The position numbers and the translations under genes were made by a program. Positions 48,268 to 57,953 of a stretch of DNA of 64,000 nucleotides are shown one piece after another. Source of the DNA: an uncultured Actinomycetes bacterium (GTDB lineage Bacteria; Actinomycetota; Thermoleophilia; Gaiellales; JAICJC01); assembly GCA_963729195.1 (NCBI GenBank), contig CAVSNF010000024.1, forward strand, positions 293,793 through 357,792. The letters run 5' to 3'. Position 1 is the first letter of the stretch, and each line of letters starts with the position of its first letter. The notes under the pieces are model-generated. The model did not search any database and was not told the DNA's origin. It saw only the letters and a program-made list of their open reading frames with translations.

Positions 48268-49076
48268 GCCGCGTGGGCTGTGGCGGGGCGGGAGTCATCG
48301 AGGGCGTCGTGCGGGCCCCACACCTGCTCCAGCGGGCCGGATACCTGCTGGACCTGCTCACATGCCGCGTGGCGAGGTTCGGTTACCCGATCGCCCCGCC
48401 GCGGCGGCTGCTCCTCAACGGCTCGGCCGGGATACAGGCCGGCGGCGACCTGCGGGATGAACCGCGGCTGCCCCGGATTGATGGTGTAGCGACCATGGGG
48501 CGCCACCGCCGCCCAGAACATCAGCGCGGTGGCCTCTGCCAGGGTGATGAAGTAGCGGTTGCAGGCGGTCACCGGGAGCGGTGCCGTCGGCGGCACGCGG
48601 CCCCAGATCTCGAACACGTTGCCCGCGGTCTCGACCACGTTGTAGAACCGGGCGACGTTTCCGCCGGCTGCGAGGGTGAGCCGCTCGGCGAGCAGCTTGC
48701 TGGCGCCGTAGGCCGTCTCTGGATCGCAGGCCTTGCAGGTGCTGGCGGTCACCACCCGTGCTCCCACCACCGTCGCGGCAGCGATCACGTTCTCGGTGCC
48801 GACGGCATTCACCTCCAGCACCGACTGGGGATCGAGTTCGCCTTCGGGTGCGTGCTTGGCGCCGGCGAGATGGAATACCAGCGTCGGGCGATAGAGGCCG
48901 AAGACGCGCTGCACCGAGCTCCTCAGGCGAACATCCAGCTGATCGATGTCGGTTGCTCGAGGCGCTCTCCCGCATCTGTCAGCACCCGCACCACCTCGGT
49001 GCCGATGCTGCCCGCAGCACCGGTCACCAGCACCCGTTCGACCACTCAGCAGCGACAGCGGGCGGGTGAGATCCAT
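48264..49076 (-). pseudogene. NAD-dependent epimerase/dehydratase (CapD-like short form), frame-disrupted near 5' end
   Basis: ATG 49076 MDLTRPLSLLSGRT. Hop at ~49030 to VLVTGAAGSIGTEVVRVLTDAG (Rossmann GxxGxxG). Returns at ~48950 to ATDIDQLDV...PTLVFHLAGAKHAP...VTASTCKACDPETAYGASKLLAE (YxxxK). Confidence 0.7.
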
Positions 49077-49185
49077 CGGTCGTGGCGCGCGGCCCAAGGC
49101 CGATTCGCAGTTCGGCTGCGGTCCACGGATTCGGGGCACTCGTCACGACCCGCAGATAGTCGGCGACGAGACTCGGTTATTGAGG

Positions 49186-50271
49186 TCACGCGGAGGCGGT
49201 CACGCGACGCAGCGGCACGATCCGGCCGTGGCGGTCGCGTACCACCCAACCGTCGAGCTCGAGCCGGGTGACCGCCGCTGCCACGTCGGCGGCCGTCATT
49301 CCCAGGCGCTCACACAGGCCGTCCACGCCGATTGGCTCCCGCGCCACCTCTGCCATCACCGGGGCCAGCTGCTCGGGCAGCACCGCGGCACCGACCCGGC
49401 CGGGATCGATCCCCAGCCAGCTTGCCAGGTCGTCACAGCCTTCGATCAGGCCGGCGCCCGCCTTGATCAACCCGTTGGTGCCCGCCGACCCGGCGACGGC
49501 CGGCGAGCCCGGGACCGCCAGCACATCGCGGCCCAGGTCGAGGGCCTGGTCGGCGGTGATCAACGCGCCGCTGCGACTGCGCGCCTCGACCACCAAAAGC
49601 GTGTCCGAAAGCGCGGCGATGATGCGGTTTCGGGCCGGAAATCGCCACGGGGCGGGTGTGACTCCCGGGGGGTACTCCGAGACCACCAGGCCGCACTCCA
49701 CCACCCGTTGAAACAGCCGCGTGTTGGTGCGCGGATAGATGACATCAACCCCGCATCCGAGCACCGCATAGGTCGGCCCGCCGCCGACAAGTGCACCGGC
49801 GTGCGCGGCGGCATCGATGCCGAGGGCGATTCCGCTCACCACCGGGACGCCGTTGGACGCAGCGAACTCTGCCAGCTCCCGAGTCAGCCGAAGACCGTGG
49901 TCGCTGGGATGGCGCGATCCGACGATCGAGATCCTGGGCGGGCCCGAGTCGAGCGCCGGCCCCGAGCCGCGCACGAAGAGCGCCACCGGCGGGTCGGCGA
50001 GATGAGAGAGCACGGCGGGATATCCCGGCTCGCCGAATCCGTGAACGCTGATCCCCCGTTCGGCCAGCTCGGCACGGTAGGCGGCCACGTCCATCGCCCG
50101 CAACTTGGCGAGCTGGAGGATGAACTCCTCGGGGACCCCCATGCGGCGAAGCCGCGCTGCGGAGGCGCCCGCCAGCGCATCACAGCCGCCCGCTCGGCGA
50201 GCCAGTCGGGACGGCTCGACGGCAACCGCCGCGGCGGCGATCGCAATCCGCACACCCGCGTCGCTGCTCAC
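49186..50271 (-). CDS. dprA: DNA-processing protein DprA
   Basis: Intact 361 aa. GYPAVLSHLADPPVALFVRG...ISIVGSRHPS..YG...VVSGIALGIDAAAH...VLGCGVDVIYP...PARNRIIAALSDTLLVVEA..RSGALITA..A...GRDVLAVPG, with a C-terminal winged helix. Confidence 0.92.
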   Translation of the reverse strand: MSSDAGVRIAIAAAAVAVEPSRLARRAGGCDALAGASAARLRRMGVPEEFILQLAKLRAMDVAAYRAELAERGISVHGFGEPGYPAVLSHLADPPVALFVRGSGPALDSGPPRISIVGSRHPSDHGLRLTRELAEFAASNGVPVVSGIALGIDAAAHAGALVGGGPTYAVLGCGVDVIYPRTNTRLFQRVVECGLVVSEYPPGVTPAPWRFPARNRIIAALSDTLLVVEARSRSGALITADQALDLGRDVLAVPGSPAVAGSAGTNGLIKAGAGLIEGCDDLASWLGIDPGRVGAAVLPEQLAPVMAEVAREPIGVDGLCERLGMTAADVAAAVTRLELDGWVVRDRHGRIVPLRRVTASA

Positions 50272-51698
50272 ACCGACCCCCGATAGCTGAGCGCCTCGGC
50301 CATGTGGTCGGCGTCGATCAGCTCGTGCCCGGCCAGTGCGGCGATGCTGCCTGCCACGGCTTTGGCTCGGTCAGAGGCGCGCCCGGACAGCTTCCCCACC
50401 CGCACGGCACGGTCGAGCAGCCCGCCGGCTGCGTCGGAGAGCTGCGGCGGTGTGTCGGCGATCACCGCTCGGGCCACGGCCACGCGAGCGGCGACGGTCT
50501 CGGTGTCCTCCCCGGGAGCACCGTGGGCATCGACGCGAGGAGCGTCGACGCGCAGATCAAAGCGGTCGAGCAGCGGCCCGCTGAGCCGCGCCCGGTACGC
50601 CGACAGCCGCTGCGGCGGGCAGCTGCAGTCATGCCCGGGGTCTCCCAGGTGGCCACACGGGCACGGATTCATGGCCGCGACCACGATGCAACGCGACGGC
50701 ATCACCGCGCGCCCCCACGCCCGCGCGATCTCAACCCGGCCGTCCTCCAACGGGACTCGCAGCGCCTCGAGCGCCGGCCGGGCAAACTCGGGCAGCTCGT
50801 CCAGAAACAGTACTCCTCGATGCGCCAGCGCCACCTCGCCGGGGCGAAGGCTTGCCCCGCCCACCAGCGCGGCAGACGACGCACTGTGGTGCGGAGCGCG
50901 AAACGGGCGGCTGACCGCGCGGTCACCGGGTGCCAGCAGCCCCGCGGCCGAATGTACGCGCGAGATTTCGAGCACCTCTGCCGCGGTGGGGGGCGGCAGG
51001 ATCCCTCCCAGCCGACGCGCCAGCATCGTCTTGCCCGACCCCGGCGGCCCGCACATCAACAGGTTGTGGCCGCCGGCAGCGGCGATCTCCAGCGCCCGCC
51101 GGGCACGTGGCTGTCCACGCACCTCGCCCAGATCGGGCCATTGCGCTGCGTCGACCGAGCGCAACATCGGAACGGGAGCGGGTTCGGCCCGGCCACAGAG
51201 AATGTCGACGGCCTCGTTCAGCGATCGCGCAGCAACTGCGGTCACACCGGACACCAGGGCCGCCTCAGCGGCGTTCTCAGGCGCCATCACCACCCGCTCG
51301 ACCCCGGCGGCAGCGGCGCCCTCAGCGATCGCGAGCGCGCCTCTCACCGGCCGCAGGCCGCCGTCGAGGCCCAGCTCGGCCACCGCGGTCACCGAATCGA
51401 CCTGCTCGGGTGGCGCTTGGCCGGAGGCTGCCAGCACCGCCAGTGCGATCGCGAGATCGAGGCCGCTGCCCTCCTTGCGCTCCTGCGCGGGGGCGAGATT
51501 CACCACCAGCCGCGACTTGGGGAACCGAAATCGGGCCGAGGTCACGCCGCTGCGCACCCGCTCGCGCGCCTCCTGAAGCGACCGATCGCCCAGCCCCACC
51601 ACGCGAAACGCGGGGGCGCCGCGGTAGGCGTGAGCCTCGACCTCGACCCGGCGGGCGTCGAGGCCGGCGAGCCAGAATGTGTGTGCGCGGGCGACCAT
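50268..51698 (-). CDS. comM: YifB/ComM family Mg-chelatase-like ATPase
   Basis: Intact 476 aa. Lon-like N-domain (VEAHAYRGAPAFRVVGLGDRSLQEARERV), Walker A MCGPPGSGKTM, GVLFLDELPEF, and a Zn-ribbon-like insert NPCPCGHLGDPGHDCSC. Confidence 0.92.
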   Translation of the reverse strand: MVARAHTFWLAGLDARRVEVEAHAYRGAPAFRVVGLGDRSLQEARERVRSGVTSARFRFPKSRLVVNLAPAQERKEGSGLDLAIALAVLAASGQAPPEQVDSVTAVAELGLDGGLRPVRGALAIAEGAAAAGVERVVMAPENAAEAALVSGVTAVAARSLNEAVDILCGRAEPAPVPMLRSVDAAQWPDLGEVRGQPRARRALEIAAAGGHNLLMCGPPGSGKTMLARRLGGILPPPTAAEVLEISRVHSAAGLLAPGDRAVSRPFRAPHHSASSAALVGGASLRPGEVALAHRGVLFLDELPEFARPALEALRVPLEDGRVEIARAWGRAVMPSRCIVVAAMNPCPCGHLGDPGHDCSCPPQRLSAYRARLSGPLLDRFDLRVDAPRVDAHGAPGEDTETVAARVAVARAVIADTPPQLSDAAGGLLDRAVRVGKLSGRASDRAKAVAGSIAALAGHELIDADHMAEALSYRGSV

Positions 51699-51755
51699 GG
51701 AGGGAGTCTTTCCGCCGCACCTCGCACCTGTCAGAGACGACCCGTGCCGGAACTG

Positions 51756-52112
51756 TCAGCCAAACGCGTCAGGGATATGCCGAAGTCGCAGCCCGTCCAC
51801 GGTGATCACGTCAAATCGCAGCTCTCGAACGTCAGGATGCCGTGTCAGCAGCAGCTCGCCGGCCTCGAGCAGGCGGCGCTGCTTGGCCTCGTTGACCGCC
51901 TCCAGCGGCGTACCACGACCGTGATGCCGGCGGGCCTTGACCTCGCACACCACCAGCACGTCGCCACGCCGGGCGAGCACGTCCACCTCCCGACCGCCGA
52001 CGCGCAGATTGCGACCGAGCACCCGATACCCCCGCGCCCGCAGCCACCACGCCGCCGCCAGTTCGGCCCAATGGCCCCGCTTAGCCGGCGAAATCGAAAT
52101 CCAGCTGCTCAT
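51756..52112 (-). CDS. yraN: YraN-family (UPF0102) endonuclease-like protein
   Basis: ATG 52112 within track ORF 51756..52343. GHWAELAAAWWLRARGYRVLGRNLRVGGREVDVLARRGDVLVVCEVKAR. Overlaps the rnhB 3' end by 32 nt. Confidence 0.8.
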   Translation of the reverse strand: MSSWISISPAKRGHWAELAAAWWLRARGYRVLGRNLRVGGREVDVLARRGDVLVVCEVKARRHHGRGTPLEAVNEAKQRRLLEAGELLLTRHPDVRELRFDVITVDGLRLRHIPDAFG

Positions 52113-52758
52113 ACGCCATCGCTGCGAAGGAGCGCCGGTGAAGCGGGGTCGTGCCGTGGGTGCGAACCGCGAGCGTGTGCTCACGGGTGATGTAGCCGAC
52201 GTGTGACTCGAATCCATACTCGGGGAAGCTCTTGGCCATCCTGTGCATGAACGTGTCGCGGGTGACCTTGGCCACGATCGAGGCGGCTGCGATGGCCGCG
52301 CTGGTGGCGTCGCCGCGCACCACCGCGGTGTGGGCGAAATCATCGACCGGAAGCCGGAAGCCGTCGGTCAGACAGATATCGGGCGCCGGATCGAGGCCTC
52401 GCAGCGCCCGCTCCAACGCATACAGGTTGGAGCGATGCAGACCGCGGCGATCGATCTCGCCCGCCGGAACCACCACCACGCATACCTGCGCGGCGCACGA
52501 AAGCACCGCCGCGTACAGCTTCTCGCGGCGAGCAGCAGAGTGCTGCTTGGAGTCGTTCAGATCCGCCAGCGGTCGGGCCCGAGCCCCCGTCAGCTGATGC
52601 GTGTCGAGGCACACCGCGGCTGCCACCAGCGGCCCCGCCAGACATCCCCGGCCGGCCTCGTCGGCGCCCGCCACGAATCGCGCACCCAACGATCGGTCGT
52701 GCTTGAGCAGGCGCGTCCCCGGGTGGCGGCGGCGGCGACGAGAGGCGGTTGCTGGCAT
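52081..52758 (-). CDS. rnhB: ribonuclease HII
   Basis: ATG 52758 within track ORF 52081..52896. VAGADEAGRGCLAGPLVAAAV...DSKQ...TDGFRLP...VVRGDATSAAIAAASIVAKVTRD...YGFESHVGY. Confidence 0.9.
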   Translation of the reverse strand: MPATASRRRRRHPGTRLLKHDRSLGARFVAGADEAGRGCLAGPLVAAAVCLDTHQLTGARARPLADLNDSKQHSAARREKLYAAVLSCAAQVCVVVVPAGEIDRRGLHRSNLYALERALRGLDPAPDICLTDGFRLPVDDFAHTAVVRGDATSAAIAAASIVAKVTRDTFMHRMAKSFPEYGFESHVGYITREHTLAVRTHGTTPLHRRSFAAMAYEQLDFDFAG

Positions 52759-52814
52759 GCCGTCAACCGTACCCCGCGAAACGGACGCCCGCGGTGACGA
52801 GCTGTGCCGAGTGT

Positions 52815-53483
52815 CTACAGAAAGCCAAGCCGATCCAGCGGCCAATACACCACGAACGCCTTGCCGATGATGTTTCGTCGCGGCAGGAACCCCCACACGC
52901 GGCTGTCCTCGGAGTCGGCGCGGTTGTCGCCCATCATGAAGTACTCACCCTGGGGCACGTGATAATCGCCCTTGGACGATGTGTCGCGCGGGTGATGGTT
53001 GACGTACGGCTCGTTCAGCCGCTGGCAACCGACGTCCTTGCCGGTACAGATCGACACCACGCCTTTGCGGATCTGCACCCAGTCACCCGGCAGGCCGATG
53101 ATGCGCTTGATGTAGTTGACGCTCGCCTCGGTCTTGGCACCGAGAGACGGAATGTCTCCGTGCCCGGGCGGGTGAAAGACGATCACGTCTCCCCGGCGCG
53201 GCGGGTGCAGGTGGTAGATGAAGCGGTTGGCCAGCACCATGTCGCCGACCTTCAGTGTCGGCACCATCGACACCGTCGGGATCCGATAGGGCTTGATCAC
53301 CCAGCCCTGGACGACATACGCCAGACCGAACGCCACCGCCAGAATCACCAGCAGCTCCAGCACCGGATGCATGCCACGCTTCTTGGTGGGCTCCACCAAC
53401 GCGTCGTCGGGGAGAGCTTCGGGAGCCGCCGGCTGGGCCGGGAACTCTGGATCCACGGGTGCCCCCACGTCGGGGCCGGCCAC
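52815..53483 (-). CDS. lepB: signal peptidase I
   Basis: Intact 222 aa. TM anchor, IPTVSMVPTL (Ser), GDVIVFHPP, YIKRIIGLPGD (Lys), MMGDNRADSEDSR. Confidence 0.93.
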   Translation of the reverse strand: MAGPDVGAPVDPEFPAQPAAPEALPDDALVEPTKKRGMHPVLELLVILAVAFGLAYVVQGWVIKPYRIPTVSMVPTLKVGDMVLANRFIYHLHPPRRGDVIVFHPPGHGDIPSLGAKTEASVNYIKRIIGLPGDWVQIRKGVVSICTGKDVGCQRLNEPYVNHHPRDTSSKGDYHVPQGEYFMMGDNRADSEDSRVWGFLPRRNIIGKAFVVYWPLDRLGFL

Positions 53484-53824
53484 TATCGAGACTTCTCGCG
53501 TACCCGAGCCGCTTTGCCGACCTTGCCGCGCAGGTAGTACAGCTTGGCTCGGCTCACGTCACCGACAGCGGCGACGTCGATCTTCGCGATCTTCGGTGAG
53601 TGGAAAGGGAACGTGCGCTCCACGCCCACCCCGAACGACTGCTTGCGTACCGTGAACGTCTCGCGCACGCCCGCGCCCTGGCGGGCGATGCAGACGCCTT
53701 CGAAGACCTGAACGCGCTGGCGCTGGCCCTCGATCACCTTGAAGTGCACGCGCACGGTGTCGCCGGCTTTGAACTCGGGCAACTCGCGCAGCTGTCGGTC
53801 TTCGATATCGGAGATCACCGTCAT
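53483..53824 (-). CDS. rplS: 50S ribosomal protein L19
   Basis: Intact 113 aa. [47 protein letters not shown]...[11 protein letters not shown]. Confidence 0.97.
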   Translation of the reverse strand: MTVISDIEDRQLRELPEFKAGDTVRVHFKVIEGQRQRVQVFEGVCIARQGAGVRETFTVRKQSFGVGVERTFPFHSPKIAKIDVAAVGDVSRAKLYYLRGKVGKAARVREKSR

Positions 53825-53856
53825 GACCGACGCATGCTACCCGCTGCCCTGGGGGC

Positions 53857-54546
53857 TCACAAATCAGAACCATCTCTCATGCGGGACTGCGTCTCGCGCC
53901 ACTCGGCTACGCGACCGTGGTCGCCCGACAGCAGCACCTGCGGCACACCCCAACCCCGATACAGCTCGGGACGGGTGTAGTGCGGGTGCTCGGGTCGGCC
54001 GCCCATCGCCTCCGAGTAGGAGTCGTTGCGATGACTCTCCTCCTTGCCCAGCGCTCCGGGCAGCCGCCGCACCACCGCATCGATCACCACCATCGCCGCT
54101 AACTCGCCTCCCGACAGCACATACGGCCCGAGCGACAACTCCTCGGTGGCAACGTGCTCGTGGACACGCTGATCGAACCCCTCATACCGCCCGCACAGCA
54201 GCGTGAAGTCACCGCCCTCGGCGTAGGACACCGCAGCCTGTTCGGAGAACGTCTCACCCACCGGCGTCAACACCACCACCCGGCGCTGCTCTCGGATCTG
54301 CTCGATCGGCTCGGCATAGGCGGCCTCCAGGGCGGCGCACACCACGTCCACCCGGATCACCATGCCCGCTCCACCGCCATAGGGCGCGTCGTCGACCTGG
54401 CGGTAGTCACCCAGCCCCTGCTCACGCAGGTCGAAGATGCGAAGTTCCAGCGCGCCCGACTCCAACACGTTTCGCACCGGGCGCACCTCCCGCAGCCAGT
54501 CGAACTGGTTGGGGAAGAGCGTGAACACATCGATGCCGAGGCTCAC
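53857..54546 (-). CDS. trmD: tRNA (guanine37-N1)-methyltransferase
   Basis: Intact 229 aa. IDVFTLFP...DDAPYGGGAGMV...LLCGRYEGFDQRV...ELSLGPYVLSGGELAAMVVIDAVVR. Confidence 0.96.
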   Translation of the reverse strand: MSLGIDVFTLFPNQFDWLREVRPVRNVLESGALELRIFDLREQGLGDYRQVDDAPYGGGAGMVIRVDVVCAALEAAYAEPIEQIREQRRVVVLTPVGETFSEQAAVSYAEGGDFTLLCGRYEGFDQRVHEHVATEELSLGPYVLSGGELAAMVVIDAVVRRLPGALGKEESHRNDSYSEAMGGRPEHPHYTRPELYRGWGVPQVLLSGDHGRVAEWRETQSRMRDGSDL

Positions 54547-55058
54547 AGGAAGTCCTCACGCACGTCGATCCGGCGAGCGTACAGATCCACCTGCTCCACC
54601 ACGTCAGCGGCGAACGGCACCAGCACCGCGTCGCCCTGGCCGGCCAGTTCGAGCACGTCGTTGGCGGGATAGGCGTGCACCGTCATGACCGTCCCCAGCA
54701 AGCGCGCGCCGGAAAACACCTGACAGCCAATCAGGTCGATGTGGAAGTACTCGTCCTCGTCCGGCTCGGGCAGCGTGTCGGTGGGCACGCTCACCTCCGA
54801 TCCGCGAAGCGCCTCGGCCGCCTCCCGGGTGGACGCGATGCCGAGCCGCAGAATCGGCCGTTCGTCGGTGCCCCGTCGCTCGGCGATGACCACGTTGCGA
54901 CCTGCCACGGTGATCGGCGTGCCGGCTCGCAGCGGCACCGCGCCGCCGTGTCCCTCCAGCTTGAAGGCGCCGTCCAGCCCGTGCGGTCGCCCCACCCGGC
55001 CGACCACGATCTCGGCCGGCCGCCATGGACGCGGGCTGCTATTCGGCGATGTCGACAT
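54543..55058 (-). CDS. rimM: 16S rRNA processing protein RimM
   Basis: Intact 171 aa. IVVGRVGRPHGLDGAFKL... and a PRC-barrel C-terminus FHIDLIGCQV...LVPFAADVV. Confidence 0.92.
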   Translation of the reverse strand: MSTSPNSSPRPWRPAEIVVGRVGRPHGLDGAFKLEGHGGAVPLRAGTPITVAGRNVVIAERRGTDERPILRLGIASTREAAEALRGSEVSVPTDTLPEPDEDEYFHIDLIGCQVFSGARLLGTVMTVHAYPANDVLELAGQGDAVLVPFAADVVEQVDLYARRIDVREDFL

Positions 55059-55272
55059 GCACGCGACGGCCGCTGCGCACCGCGGCTGCCTTGACGATCG
55101 TGCGCAGAGCCCGAGCGATGCGGCCCTGCTTCCCGATCACCTTGCCCAGATCCTCCTGGGCGACGTGCAGCTCCAGCAGCAGGTCACCGGACTCCGACTC
55201 GGACTGGTCGACGCGCACCTGATCGGGATGTGCGACCAGCTGCCGTGCGAGGTGAGCGAGCAGCTCGTCCAT
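55039..55272 (-). CDS. KH-domain RNA-binding protein (YlqC/UPF0109 family)
   Basis: Intact 77 aa. ...LELHVAQEDLGKVIGKQGRIARALRTIV. Confidence 0.9.
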   Translation of the reverse strand: MDELLAHLARQLVAHPDQVRVDQSESESGDLLLELHVAQEDLGKVIGKQGRIARALRTIVKAAAVRSGRRVHVDIAE

Positions 55273-55280
55273 CGCCGGTG

Positions 55281-55520
55281 CTACACGCCGGCGAGCTTGA
55301 GCAGCTTCGCCACCGTCTCGGTCGGCTGAGCTCCCTTGCTGAGCCAGTCGCGAGCGCGCTCCGTATCGATGTCGATCAGCGACGGATCGGGCTGCGGGTT
55401 GTACCGGCCGATCGTCTCGAGCGTGCGCCCGTCGCGAGGGTTTCGCGAGTCCGCGACAACCACCCGATAGACCGGATTCTTCTTGGAACCATGCCGCGCT
55501 AGGCGGATCTTGACAGCCAC
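55281..55520 (-). CDS. rpsP: 30S ribosomal protein S16
   Basis: Intact 79 aa. [42 protein letters not shown]. Confidence 0.97.
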   Translation of the reverse strand: MAVKIRLARHGSKKNPVYRVVVADSRNPRDGRTLETIGRYNPQPDPSLIDIDTERARDWLSKGAQPTETVAKLLKLAGV

Positions 55521-55521
55521 A

Positions 55522-56853
55522 TTACCTCCGTTGCATTCCCGGAAACTGAGGCATCTTACCGCGGCCGACCTGTTTCATCATCCGCTGCACCTGTTTGAAC
55601 TGCCCCAGCAGCTGGTTGACAGTCTGAACATTGGTGCCACTGCCGGCTGCAATCCGGCGGCGGCGAGAGCCGTCGATGATCCGGTGATTTCGGCGCTCGG
55701 CCGGTGTCATGGCCAAAATGATCGCCTCCACCCGGTCGAACTGGCGCTCGTCCACCTTCATGTTCTTGACCTGGCGGCCAACGCCGGGAAGCATCCCCAA
55801 AAGCCCGGCCATCCCCTGCCCCGAGGTCATCTTCTTGACCTGCCGCAGCTGCTGCAGGAAATCCTCGAGCGTGAAGTCGGCCGACCGCAGCTTGGCCTCC
55901 ATCTCGGCGGCTTCCTTCTCGTCGAACTGCTCCTGGGCGCGCTCGATCAGACTCATCACGTCGCCCATGCCGAGGATCCGCGACGCCATCCGGTCGGGAT
56001 GGAACGGCTCCAGCTGGTCGAGCTTCTCGCCGACGGACACGAACTTGATCGGCTTGCCGGTGACCGCCCGCACCGCCAGGGCGGCGCCGCCGCGTGCGTC
56101 GCCGTCCAGCTTGGTCAGGATCACACCGTCGTAGTCGACCGCCTCGGCGAACTGCTGGGCGACGTTGACCGCGTCCTGGCCGGTCATCGAGTCGAGCACC
56201 AGCAGCACGTTGTGCGGCTTGGTGGCGGCCTTGATCCGCACCAGCTCGTCCATCAGGTTCTCGTCGATGTGCAGCCGGCCGGCGGTATCGACGATCACCG
56301 TGTCGCGCCCCTGGGCCTTGGCCTGCTCGATGCCCCACACCGCGGTCTCGACCGGGTCGGCGTCGGTGCCGCGATCGAACACCGGCACCTGCAGCGACTT
56401 ACCCAGCGTCTGCAGCTGCTGGATCGCAGCCGGCCGGTAGACGTCGCAGGCCACCATCGCCGGGGTCTTCTTCTGCTTCGCCAAAAGCCGTGCCAGCTTG
56501 CCGCTGGCGGTGGTCTTGCCCGAGCCCTGCAGGCCGGCCATCAGGATCACGGTGGGCGGACGGTTCGAGAACGAGAGCCCGCTGCCGGCGCTTCCCATCA
56601 GCTCGGTCAGCTGCTCGTGGACGATCTTCACGACCTGCTGGCCGGGAGTCAGGCTGTCCAGCACCTCAGAGCCCATCGCCCGCTCCTTGACGCCGGCCAC
56701 GAACTGCTTGACCACCGTGAAGTTGACGTCGGCCTCCAGCAGCGCCAGCCGGATCTCGCGCATGGCGGCGTCGATGTCCTGCTCGCTGAGGCGGCCCTTG
56801 CCCTTGAGGCCGTCGAGAGTCGCCCCGAGGCGATCTGAAAGTGAGTCAAACAT
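55522..56853 (-). CDS. ffh: signal recognition particle protein Ffh (SRP54)
   Basis: Intact 443 aa. MFDSLSDRL..., [31 protein letters not shown], and a Met-rich M-domain. Confidence 0.97.
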   Translation of the reverse strand: MFDSLSDRLGATLDGLKGKGRLSEQDIDAAMREIRLALLEADVNFTVVKQFVAGVKERAMGSEVLDSLTPGQQVVKIVHEQLTELMGSAGSGLSFSNRPPTVILMAGLQGSGKTTASGKLARLLAKQKKTPAMVACDVYRPAAIQQLQTLGKSLQVPVFDRGTDADPVETAVWGIEQAKAQGRDTVIVDTAGRLHIDENLMDELVRIKAATKPHNVLLVLDSMTGQDAVNVAQQFAEAVDYDGVILTKLDGDARGGAALAVRAVTGKPIKFVSVGEKLDQLEPFHPDRMASRILGMGDVMSLIERAQEQFDEKEAAEMEAKLRSADFTLEDFLQQLRQVKKMTSGQGMAGLLGMLPGVGRQVKNMKVDERQFDRVEAIILAMTPAERRNHRIIDGSRRRRIAAGSGTNVQTVNQLLGQFKQVQRMMKQVGRGKMPQFPGMQRR

Positions 56854-56881
56854 GGCTACAGCGTAGACCGTCGGGCGCCAG

Positions 56882-56912
56882 GTGAATAACGGTGCCTGGC
56901 ACCGTTATTCAC
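56882..56912. repeat. AT-rich palindromic repeat, copy 2
   Basis: GTGAATAACGGTGCC-T-GGCACCGTTATTCAC, identical to copy 1 (25067). Lies in the ftsY-ffh intergenic region. Confidence 0.9.
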
Positions 56913-56926
56913 GACAGACGTCCGAG

Positions 56927-56959
56927 GTGAATAATTGGTGCCTGGCACCAATTATTCAC
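56927..56959. repeat. AT-rich palindromic repeat, copy 3 (variant with compensatory arm changes)
   Basis: GTGAATAATTGGTGCC-T-GGCACCAATTATTCAC with 16-nt perfect arms. CG/CG in copies 1-2 is replaced by TTG/CAA on both arms. The ftsY stop codon (GGT GAA TAA on the minus strand, 56952-56954) lies inside an arm. Confidence 0.9.
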
Positions 56960-57914
56960 CGAAGAGGGCGCGGGCGAAGTCGGTGGGGTCGAAGGGGCGC
57001 AGGTCTTCGACACCTTCGCCGACGCCGATCAGCTTCACCGGGGTGCCCAGCTCGTGGGCGATCGCCAACGCGATGCCGCCCTTGGCGGTGCCGTCCAGCT
57101 TGGTCAGCACCAGTCCGGTGACATCCACCGCCTCGGTGAACAGCCGCGCCTGCTGAAGCCCGTTCTGGCCGGTGGTGGCGTCGATCGTCAGCAGCACCTC
57201 GTGCGGCGCATCCTCGATCCGGCGACCGATCACGCGGTGGATCTTGCCGAGCTCCTGCATCAGATGATCCTGGGTGTGCAGCCGTCCAGCCGTGTCGATG
57301 ATGACCACGTCACGCCCTCTGGCCTCGGCAGCTGCGACCGCGTCGAAGGCGACCGCAGCCGGGTCGGCTCCCGACTCGGACGAGACGAAATCAGCGCCGG
57401 CCCGCTCCGCCCACGTCTCCAGCTGCTCACCGGCCGCCGCCCGGAAGGTGTCCCCGGCGCCGATCACGCAGGTCTTGCCGGCCTCGCGCAGATGCCAGGC
57501 GATCTTGCCGATCGAGGTGGTCTTGCCGGTGCCGTTGACGCCGGTCATCAGAATCACCGACGGCGTGTGGGTGACGTCGATCCGGGCATCGCCTTCGGGA
57601 GTCATCAGCTCGGCCACGATCTCGGTCAGCCGGCCGGTCAGATCGGCCGACGTGGTCAGCCGCCCGGCGGCGGATTCGGCCTCCAGCCGCTCGATCACGG
57701 TCACCGTGGCGGGCACGCCGCAGTCGGCTGCGATCAGCGCCAGCTCCAGCTGCTCCCACACATCCGGGTCGGCCGGATTCAGCACCACTCCGGCAAGCTG
57801 CTGGCTCATCGCCCGGCGGCTGCGGCCGATCGACTCGCGCAGCCGGGAGAACATCCCGCCCGACCGAGCCTCGGGCTCGGGTTCGGGCGGCGCCTCCTCG
57901 CCGGTGTTGAACAT
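56952..57914 (-). CDS. ftsY: signal recognition particle receptor FtsY (short N-terminus + NG domain)
   Basis: ATG 57914 within the 512-aa track ORF. MFNTGEEAPPEPEPE...GVNGTGKTTSIGK...DTAGRLH...LTKLDGTAKGGIALAI. The upstream 190 codons of the track ORF are antisense to the Ldh_2 gene. Confidence 0.9.
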   Translation of the reverse strand: MFNTGEEAPPEPEPEARSGGMFSRLRESIGRSRRAMSQQLAGVVLNPADPDVWEQLELALIAADCGVPATVTVIERLEAESAAGRLTTSADLTGRLTEIVAELMTPEGDARIDVTHTPSVILMTGVNGTGKTTSIGKIAWHLREAGKTCVIGAGDTFRAAAGEQLETWAERAGADFVSSESGADPAAVAFDAVAAAEARGRDVVIIDTAGRLHTQDHLMQELGKIHRVIGRRIEDAPHEVLLTIDATTGQNGLQQARLFTEAVDVTGLVLTKLDGTAKGGIALAIAHELGTPVKLIGVGEGVEDLRPFDPTDFARALFGE

Positions 57915-57953
57915 TGCCTGCCATGTGCGCGTCACAGGCGCAGATCGTAGTGT

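Noticed and set aside
50304-52190. 628-aa and 424-aa plus-strand ORFs
   Set aside because: They are antisense to comM, yraN and rnhB. The Arg/Pro/Ser-rich composition indicates a GC-skew artefact.
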